This document shows positions 57,476 through 64,000 of a DNA stretch of 64,000 nt, piece after piece. Source of the stretch: a virus. Taxonomy: Duplodnaviria > Caudoviricetes. A model generated the notes under the pieces. That model did not search any database. It was not told the DNA's origin and worked only from the letters and a program-made list of their open reading frames with translations. Location of the stretch: positions 11,327-75,326 of IMG/VR virus record IMGVR_UViG_3300037418_001301; one strand, written 5' to 3'. How positions within the stretch are numbered: position 1 is the first letter of the stretch; each line of letters begins with the position of its first letter. A program made the translations under genes and the position numbers.

Positions 57476-58638
57476 CAATCACTGAAACTACAAGAAAGCA
57501 TCTGCGCCGCACCAAGATTGCGTTGGCTGTCTTGGGGCAATCCAATGAACGCGGACAGGTATCCAAGACAGAAACGATCAGCAGTGTGGCGTCTATCACG
57601 GCATATCCGCAGGCATACGCTTCGCTGAGAAGGCCAGAAATCAAAACGCCGCTTGGGCCGTCCGTAACCAACCAGGGCGGCCCACTCTTCAAGCTCTATG
57701 ACGACCTATACGATTGGGGCTATGACGCTCAGATCATCAACGCGTCGAAGGGCTCGATGAGCATGCCGAAAGACGCCTGCGGCGAACTGGTGGCGCGCGC
57801 CAATACGTTTGCCTATCGGGCAAAGCGGGCAATCGAAGGTCCTGGTGATCGAGGCTGCTATGGCGATATGATCGTCGTCAGCAACCGGCTTTTCCAGTGC
57901 ACCACCGGCCGCGCATCCTACGTGATGTACAATGGCATGACGATTGCCAACGAAACGACCAATGTCTTCGAGCTGGATTATCGCTGGGATATCGGCTCTC
58001 AAGCGTCCGCCGGGTCAGCGCCGACTTTTTCTGCGGCAAATGTCGGCGATACCGTCACGGATGGAACGTGCGTTTGGACGTGCTTGGCGACGAGCGGCGG
58101 CAATCCAAGCTATCTTGGCCAGACATACTTTGCCGATCTTCGCCTCAATTCGGTGCGATCCGGTTTCGATCCATATGGCATCTTGCATCAGACGCTCGAA
58201 GAATTGCAGCGCGTTCGTGACGCCGAGTTTAAAGCCGTTTATCTCGGCAACGCGCAAGCCGATATTGCGCGATCATCCGCAGATTACAGTTCAGCGCTCA
58301 ACAACGTCGCCGATTTCTTCCTGTCTCGCGGCATCCATGTGTTTCTTGGTTTGTCGATGTTCTGGCCAGGCGGCGCAACGACAACACAATACGATACGTT
58401 AACAACTGGGATTGCCTCCACGAAGGCGTTTCATATCGGCACGTATCCTACGCTGATCCATGACGGCGCAAACCTCTATACACTGATGGGTTCGACAGGA
58501 GCGATGGCTTCTGGCGGCGCATATTTCGCCAAGGACAGCGGGCAAGATAATCTACACGTCAATGCGGCCGGAGCGATTGTTGCTGGTGGCCACATGGCCA
58601 ATGCCATCAAGGCGCAATTGCTGCGGCTGCTGAACTGA
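57472..58638 (+). CDS. SGNH/SASA-type carbohydrate esterase
   Basis: LGQSNERG nucleophile motif; QDNLHVNAAG Asp-x-x-His. Confidence 0.75.
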   Translation: MTITETTRKHLRRTKIALAVLGQSNERGQVSKTETISSVASITAYPQAYASLRRPEIKTPLGPSVTNQGGPLFKLYDDLYDWGYDAQIINASKGSMSMPKDACGELVARANTFAYRAKRAIEGPGDRGCYGDMIVVSNRLFQCTTGRASYVMYNGMTIANETTNVFELDYRWDIGSQASAGSAPTFSAANVGDTVTDGTCVWTCLATSGGNPSYLGQTYFADLRLNSVRSGFDPYGILHQTLEELQRVRDAEFKAVYLGNAQADIARSSADYSSALNNVADFFLSRGIHVFLGLSMFWPGGATTTQYDTLTTGIASTKAFHIGTYPTLIHDGANLYTLMGSTGAMASGGAYFAKDSGQDNLHVNAAGAIVAGGHMANAIKAQLLRLLN

Positions 58639-58718
58639 TCGGCGCCAAAAAGCCACGGGGCTCTATGTCGTCTCGCTCATAAGCAACTAGCAGAAATCAA
58701 CCATCCATCATCTCTCCA

Positions 58719-58747
58719 AGGCTCCCTTTCGGGGGCCTTTTTTATTG
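58719..58747 (+). terminator. intrinsic terminator
   Basis: AGGCTCCC-tttc-GGGGGCCT followed by a T run. Confidence 0.8.
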
Positions 58748-58760
58748 AAAGGTAGCCCAA

Positions 58761-60533
58761 ATGGCCGACGTAAAACAGCCCACCAATGTAGGGCCGTTCA
58801 AGCTTCTGAAAGATCAGGGCGACGGCACCCATGCCGAGGTTGTCGCCATTGGCGGCTCTGTCACCTCAACTGGTGGCACCGTTACGCAGGGCTCCACGAC
58901 GTCGGGGCAATCCGGCGTCCTGACGCAAGGAGCGGTCACTACATCCGCGCCGACATATACGACGGGGCAGACTGATCCACTGAGCCTGACGACATTCGGC
59001 GGCCTTCGCTCCTATCTGCTGTCCAGCACTGGCGCTGGGGCATTAAGCGCTTCTCTGCCTACGGAAACGACGGAAGCTCTTCCAGTTCAGCCGGTCCCGC
59101 AGAAAACCACCCGTATCGACTTCGACAAGGTGGTTGCCGCCAACGGTGTCGACACGGCGCAAATGACCTTGCTGCAGACTGGCTCTGGCATGGCCGTTAG
59201 CCAGGCAAGCGGCAACTTGGTAATCACCTCTGGCACGACGACGTATTCTGAAACAATCATCCGCTCTGTGCTGTCGTGGAAAGACACCTTCAAGCTTCGG
59301 TATTTCCTGACGCTCTCTCAGCGCATTGCGAACAATGACACGTATATCGAACTGGTTGACGTGATCGGCGACGGCCTTGCATTCACAGTCACGAACGCCA
59401 CCACGATTGTTGTCACTGTCCCAAACACCACGTTCACTTCTGCAAACGTCGGGCAGTCGATCTATGTTGGTGCTCTGTCACTCGCGTCTTGCCTTTCACA
59501 GAAGGCGACGATTGCCAGTGTCGCGGGCAATGCCGTTACACTGACCGTTTCCGGCTTCCCCGGTTCCGGCTCTGGCACGTGTTCGCTGTTCGGCTGGAAC
59601 TACCATCACGCCTACTATACCTCTACGTCTGCCGTGGCGACCAACTGGGGCGTTCAGCGCAACGGGTGGGGCGTCGGTGATCAGGCATCAGTTATCAACA
59701 CCACGGCTTCTGGCCATCTTGCTATTATGACGAATGATGGCGCGAAGGCGGCATATTTCGATCAAGTTGGTACATCAAGCACTGGTGCAGACAATACCCA
59801 GCGCGCTCAGCTCATTCGAGGCGTTCCTGATACCGAAGTTGCCCTTTACCTGCAAATCCGCGTCGTCAACGGCTCCTCGGCTCCCGTCTCAACGACAACG
59901 ACAACGATTGATTTTGTTGAGATCGACAATTTCATTTTGCAGCAAGTCTCGCTCAATGCTTCGGAGCCCATGACGAAGAGCGCTGGTCTGCCAACGGAAA
60001 TTGTTTCTACTGGTGGCATTACCTTCACATCCGGCGGCACTCAGCCGCATTCCGGCGCATCGTCTGGCAATCCGGTTCGCGTTGGTGGTCGCGTCAATAC
60101 TGCAGCAGACACAACGCTTATTGCCGGCGATGCTTGCGACCTGTTCATGACCCCAGCCGGTCAGGCTGTCGTCAAAGACTTCGCTACTGCTGACCTTGAC
60201 TGGCAATATGCTGCGGCATCTGGGGGCATTTCCAACACCACGACTGCGGTAACAATCAAGGCCGCGGCCGGCGCCGGCATTCGAAACTACATCACCAGCA
60301 TTTCTATCGCCACAGATGCCCTTACCAACGCGTCCGAGTTCGTCATTCGCGATGGAGCATCCGGCACTGTCATCTGGCGTACGAAGTTGGGAACCGGGGC
60401 GGAGAACACTTTCAACGTCGTCTTTCCAACGCCACTGAGAGGCACGGCTGCCACGCTTATGGAAGTAGCAACCCTCACCGCATCTGGTACTGGCGCCGTC
60501 TTCTTCAACGCCCAAGGCTATTCGGCCGCCTAA
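58761..60533 (+). CDS. putative tail fibre/structural protein
   Basis: Thr/Ser/Gly-rich beta protein, 590 aa. Confidence 0.6.
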   Translation: MADVKQPTNVGPFKLLKDQGDGTHAEVVAIGGSVTSTGGTVTQGSTTSGQSGVLTQGAVTTSAPTYTTGQTDPLSLTTFGGLRSYLLSSTGAGALSASLPTETTEALPVQPVPQKTTRIDFDKVVAANGVDTAQMTLLQTGSGMAVSQASGNLVITSGTTTYSETIIRSVLSWKDTFKLRYFLTLSQRIANNDTYIELVDVIGDGLAFTVTNATTIVVTVPNTTFTSANVGQSIYVGALSLASCLSQKATIASVAGNAVTLTVSGFPGSGSGTCSLFGWNYHHAYYTSTSAVATNWGVQRNGWGVGDQASVINTTASGHLAIMTNDGAKAAYFDQVGTSSTGADNTQRAQLIRGVPDTEVALYLQIRVVNGSSAPVSTTTTTIDFVEIDNFILQQVSLNASEPMTKSAGLPTEIVSTGGITFTSGGTQPHSGASSGNPVRVGGRVNTAADTTLIAGDACDLFMTPAGQAVVKDFATADLDWQYAAASGGISNTTTAVTIKAAAGAGIRNYITSISIATDALTNASEFVIRDGASGTVIWRTKLGTGAENTFNVVFPTPLRGTAATLMEVATLTASGTGAVFFNAQGYSAA

Positions 60534-60578
60534 GCCCGCAACAGTTCCTTCCCAAAATCCCGCAGTTTCACATGGAGC

Positions 60579-61529
60579 ATGCGATACATGGTTAGCACCG
60601 TGTCGATCAACGACGCCCTTGTCACGCCCACGAGCGGCATCAGACGAGACCTCAGTGATTTGCTTGCTGCGGCAACTCCGCTTGCTGACGACGATGGCAT
60701 TCATTTCTCGTTCTCAAACGCGCTAAACGCGGTCAATCATTTCCATGTTCAAGGCGCGCCGAATGGCGGCGGCCCGGTTCTGGCTGTTGTCAGCGAGGAC
60801 GGGGAAGCCAATGTCGATGCGAATTACGCAACTCTCGGTACGGGCGGCTTTCATTTCGGCAATGGTTCCGGGGAACTGTTTGCGATTACAGACTATGCCG
60901 GCGCGTTACATCCGACCACGAAGTTTTCGGTTCGGCCAGGGGATGCTTCTGCCAGTTACCCGCGCCTCACGTCTGATGATCAGGCGGAATTTGCAGTTCC
61001 GCTTGCCAAGACACTGCGCTTTCTGACCGGCGCGGCACCGAGCCTTGTTGTTGACCAGGTTGGCGTTTCCGATCCTGTAAACTACCTGAGGGTCAGCGGT
61101 GGGATCGCGACGGACTTTGTCCGTATCACTGCGACTGGCTCCGACACCAATGTTAGCAAGTATGAGACCAACAAGGGCAGTGGTAGTCATTTTTTCGCGA
61201 ACGGCAGCGGCAACATTGCTGTCTTCGATAGCGGCGGATCATCGTCTGCGCGGACCAACTATTTTGTATTTCGAAACGCAGCTGCCGGCAATGCTGTGCA
61301 AATCCTCGCGTCTGTCAGTGGCGGCGGAAATGCTGATATTCAGATTACCCCTTCGGGCACTGGCAGAGTGTATGCGGCATCACCCCTTATGTTCAAGCCG
61401 GGCTCATCTGTGGCACCGACTAATAACGGCGATGTGATCTTTGAACTCACGTCGAATACCAGTTTCACCATCAAAGCAAAGGGCAGCGACGGCACGGTTC
61501 GCTCATCGGCCGCTATCACGCTCTCATAA
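60579..61529 (+). CDS. putative tail fibre protein
   Basis: Repeated N.F..(R).AA.G segments; PTNNGDVIFELTSNT..KAKGSDGTVRS C-terminal motif. Confidence 0.65.
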   Translation: MRYMVSTVSINDALVTPTSGIRRDLSDLLAAATPLADDDGIHFSFSNALNAVNHFHVQGAPNGGGPVLAVVSEDGEANVDANYATLGTGGFHFGNGSGELFAITDYAGALHPTTKFSVRPGDASASYPRLTSDDQAEFAVPLAKTLRFLTGAAPSLVVDQVGVSDPVNYLRVSGGIATDFVRITATGSDTNVSKYETNKGSGSHFFANGSGNIAVFDSGGSSSARTNYFVFRNAAAGNAVQILASVSGGGNADIQITPSGTGRVYAASPLMFKPGSSVAPTNNGDVIFELTSNTSFTIKAKGSDGTVRSSAAITLS

Positions 61530-61539
61530 GGAGACACTC

Positions 61540-61713
61540 ATGGTTCTGGATAGCGAAATCCACCGCACGGCCCTGCTTAGCCTGATCGATAGTTCGACAT
61601 TCCGCGGTGCCGACCTCAAGGCGGTCGTGCAGCTTCGCGAGGCAATCGAAAGGGCAGCCGTCGCGCCTCCAAACGTCGGCAATGAACAAAAAGACGATTT
61701 CGATGGCAATTAA
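61540..61713 (+). CDS. small protein, possible fibre chaperone
   Basis: AAGGAG RBS; follows the fibre gene. Confidence 0.5.
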   Translation: MVLDSEIHRTALLSLIDSSTFRGADLKAVVQLREAIERAAVAPPNVGNEQKDDFDGN

Positions 61714-62719
61714 ACTCGGCGCAATCCGTTGGGATGCTTGGTATGCCGATACTGGCCCGGCAACATCTACGAAATCAGCCTTGAGCAATCCCCTCTACCA
61801 GGATCGCGCGCCGTTCTTTGCCGAGCGCACTGGCCCAAAGAGCATCCGATTCAATTCAACTCCGGCAACGATGAGTCGGGAGATCGCCTTCGCGGCGTCT
61901 GCCAATCTCTATTGGGCCTTCCTGCGCAACGATCCCAACGGCGCGCTGGCAGAGATGGAATATGGCTGGAACCTCTTCCAGGCAAGCCCCGACAAGAATA
62001 GCATCAAATGGTGCGACTTGCGCCCCACCGCGCTGTTCGGATCAACAGGCAACTACGCTTCCAGAGTTGCCGAAATTCTGTCCCTTATGCAACAGCCCAA
62101 TTACCTCACTGTTCTCACCAACCGACCGGTCATCTACATCTATTGGGACAGCTCAGCGATGTCGACGTTCGGCGGCAGCACCGTGAACTTCAAGGCAGCG
62201 CTCGACGCGCTCCGCACCGCCTGCACTGGCGCCGGACTCGGAACGCCTTACATCGTCGTGGTGAAAGACAGCGGCGAAGCACAACGCTCGGCGCTCGGCG
62301 CTGACGCGGTATCGTCTTACATCGGGCGCGTCCCTGACGGCCTCGACAAAACCTACGCTGCACTGGATACCTCAGTGCAGGGCTACTGGGCAGAGCAACT
62401 CGCGCTGGCGGCAAACTATGTGCCGATCGGCATGTGCGGCTGGAATAGAAGGCCCCGCATCGAGCGGCCGACAACGTGGGAAGCGACGACGCAGCGTCCC
62501 TATTTCGGCAACCGCTACAATCACGCCAATCCGACGAACGCCGAACTGGCCGCCCATATTGCTGCAGAGAAGGCCTATATCGCGGCGAACCCTGCGAAAT
62601 GTCCCGCCGAGCTCGGACTGATCTATGCTTGGAACGAACACGATGAAGGCGGCTGGCTATGTCCTACAATCGATGATCAGGCAGGTACACGGCTGGCAGC
62701 AGTAGCGGCAGTCACGTAA
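61703..62719 (+). CDS. glycoside hydrolase, GH99/GH71-like TIM barrel
   Basis: IRWDAWY; GWNRRPR; IYAWNEHDEGGWLCP. Confidence 0.7.
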   Translation: MAIKLGAIRWDAWYADTGPATSTKSALSNPLYQDRAPFFAERTGPKSIRFNSTPATMSREIAFAASANLYWAFLRNDPNGALAEMEYGWNLFQASPDKNSIKWCDLRPTALFGSTGNYASRVAEILSLMQQPNYLTVLTNRPVIYIYWDSSAMSTFGGSTVNFKAALDALRTACTGAGLGTPYIVVVKDSGEAQRSALGADAVSSYIGRVPDGLDKTYAALDTSVQGYWAEQLALAANYVPIGMCGWNRRPRIERPTTWEATTQRPYFGNRYNHANPTNAELAAHIAAEKAYIAANPAKCPAELGLIYAWNEHDEGGWLCPTIDDQAGTRLAAVAAVT

Positions 62720-62777
62720 GGCTTCGATCACATGCCTGCGCTACCGATGCCAACCGCGTAGAATAAAGGAAAGCACC

Positions 62778-63119
62778 ATGCCCACAATGACCACTATGGA
62801 AGACGTAGCCGCAAAAGGCGTTCTCGCCCAAGGTGGCATTGATCGCCATCTCACCGCAGCCCTGAAATCCGCAAAACTCAACATCGATGTGACGGCCAAG
62901 GGCGTTGAACTCGGCATGGTCCGCGCGCTGCAAGGCAAGAAAATGCTGGCCCGCGCAAGGCGGATTTACGGCGCGATTGCCGAGGCTGCGGAATTGGCTG
63001 CGGAACTGCATATCGAGCAGCAGCAGGCCTGCGCCGCAAATGGCGTCGATACCGGCGATCTGACGAGTGTCGGCGGCGTTGCCCTTGGCGGAGTTCACAC
63101 AGACGGCGGCGGGAGATAG
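62778..63119 (+). CDS. hypothetical protein
   Basis: AAAGGA RBS. Confidence 0.65.
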   Translation: MPTMTTMEDVAAKGVLAQGGIDRHLTAALKSAKLNIDVTAKGVELGMVRALQGKKMLARARRIYGAIAEAAELAAELHIEQQQACAANGVDTGDLTSVGGVALGGVHTDGGGR

Positions 63120-63124
63120 CCTAC

Positions 63125-63586
63125 ATGGAGAGCCCGTACACGTGGACGTTAATCACCCTCGCACTCGTTGCCATGGCGCTGTCATGGAACGTTCCGCGCG
63201 CGTGGTGGTGGATTGGTGCGGGCGGGGCATCGTTCTTCGTCTCAACGCTTTATTACGACTACGGTGGCAACCATCACCTGCACCCCATCCTGACGCTGAG
63301 TTGCGATAGCCTGGTCTGCATCGCGCTCTTTTTTGGTGCGAAAGAGAAATGGGAACTGCTTGTGTTCGGCTCTTTCTGGCTTTCCGTTCTTTCCAGCCTC
63401 CTCATGATCGGCGGGTTTATCGCCAGCCAGATTATGTACGCGAGCCTGTTGGAAGTGTTCAACCTTTGCGCTATTCTCGCAATCTCAGGAACGGGCATCG
63501 TCCAGATGATTGGCGAGCATGGACACAGTAATTTATTTCATAATTTCAATAGGTATCTTCATAGCGCTCGGAATTCTATTCGATGA
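63125..63586 (+). CDS. multi-pass membrane protein
   Basis: About 4-5 hydrophobic segments. Confidence 0.7.
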   Translation: MESPYTWTLITLALVAMALSWNVPRAWWWIGAGGASFFVSTLYYDYGGNHHLHPILTLSCDSLVCIALFFGAKEKWELLVFGSFWLSVLSSLLMIGGFIASQIMYASLLEVFNLCAILAISGTGIVQMIGEHGHSNLFHNFNRYLHSARNSIR

Positions 63587-63634
63587 TCTTGTGCTCCGTG
63601 TCCTGAAGAAAAAGCGCAGCAAGAGATAGCAGCC

Positions 63635-63913
63635 ATGCCCGATGAGGTGATCACCGAGGCGGCTAGGACACTCAACTCCTCGGTTCTCGGCGCATGCCTC
63701 GTCCTAACGCTGGTAGTGACGTTCTTCGTCGTCCGCGCGCTCCGGCAGGACATCAAGGATTTGCAGGCCAGGCTGGACGCAGAGAAACTCGCTCACGACA
63801 GAACTCGCGAAATGCACCTAGACGACATCAGGAAAACGCATAATCTCGCTATTGCAATCGATGATATGCGCAGCTCCTTGGTAGAGCGCGCCGTAGGCCG
63901 GGACAGGGTATAA
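63635..63913 (+). CDS. single-TM coiled-coil protein (holin-like)
   Basis: SVLGACLVLTLVVTFFVV TM followed by coiled coil. Confidence 0.6.
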   Translation: MPDEVITEAARTLNSSVLGACLVLTLVVTFFVVRALRQDIKDLQARLDAEKLAHDRTREMHLDDIRKTHNLAIAIDDMRSSLVERAVGRDRV

Positions 63914-64000
63914 TGAAAATGCTCCACAGGCTTCTAGGCATTTCGCATATCGGCCCATCAGAAGAGGAGATGCGCGCCGCGGACAATGCCGAGATTGAAC

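Noticed and set aside
62778-63586. RiPP precursor plus transporter/immunity pair
   Set aside because: No modifying enzyme or leader motif nearby; only a Gly-rich tail suggested it
1-64000. Integrase, att site, tRNA or rRNA genes
   Set aside because: None recognised in this window, so lifestyle (temperate or lytic) cannot be decided here

Overview
The window is almost entirely one tailed-phage or prophage genome segment (podovirus-like architecture, probably infecting an alphaproteobacterium such as a rhizobium; host inferred from gene content). Order on the + strand: early/replication genes (~1-17.7 kb: RlmN-like radical SAM enzyme, MotA/ExbB-like membrane trio, RuvC-like resolvase, DNA methyltransferase, DnaB-like helicase, PAPS-reductase-family protein, HAD nucleotidase, RepL-like protein); a structured ~265-nt intergenic RNA candidate; packaging and head genes (TerS, TerL, portal, scaffold, N4-gp56-like major capsid); tail and ejection genes including a 2,726-aa polyvalent protein; tailspike; a reverse-strand GSCFA/SGNH moron; lysis cassette; and a second block of carbohydrate-active/fibre genes. 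The main result is that the major capsid gene is split by two group I introns. Splicing 30378-30653 + 31633-32290 + 32610-32686 gives an uninterrupted 336-aa protein. Intron 1 carries an HNH endonuclease gene on the antisense strand, inside the P2 loop. Other selfish-endonuclease footprints are a LAGLIDADG gene that appears to have captured the 3' end of its target gene, and an endolysin swap next to a degenerate HNH gene. No integrase, tRNA, rRNA or CRISPR array was recognised. All family assignments come from motif recognition by eye, not database searches.
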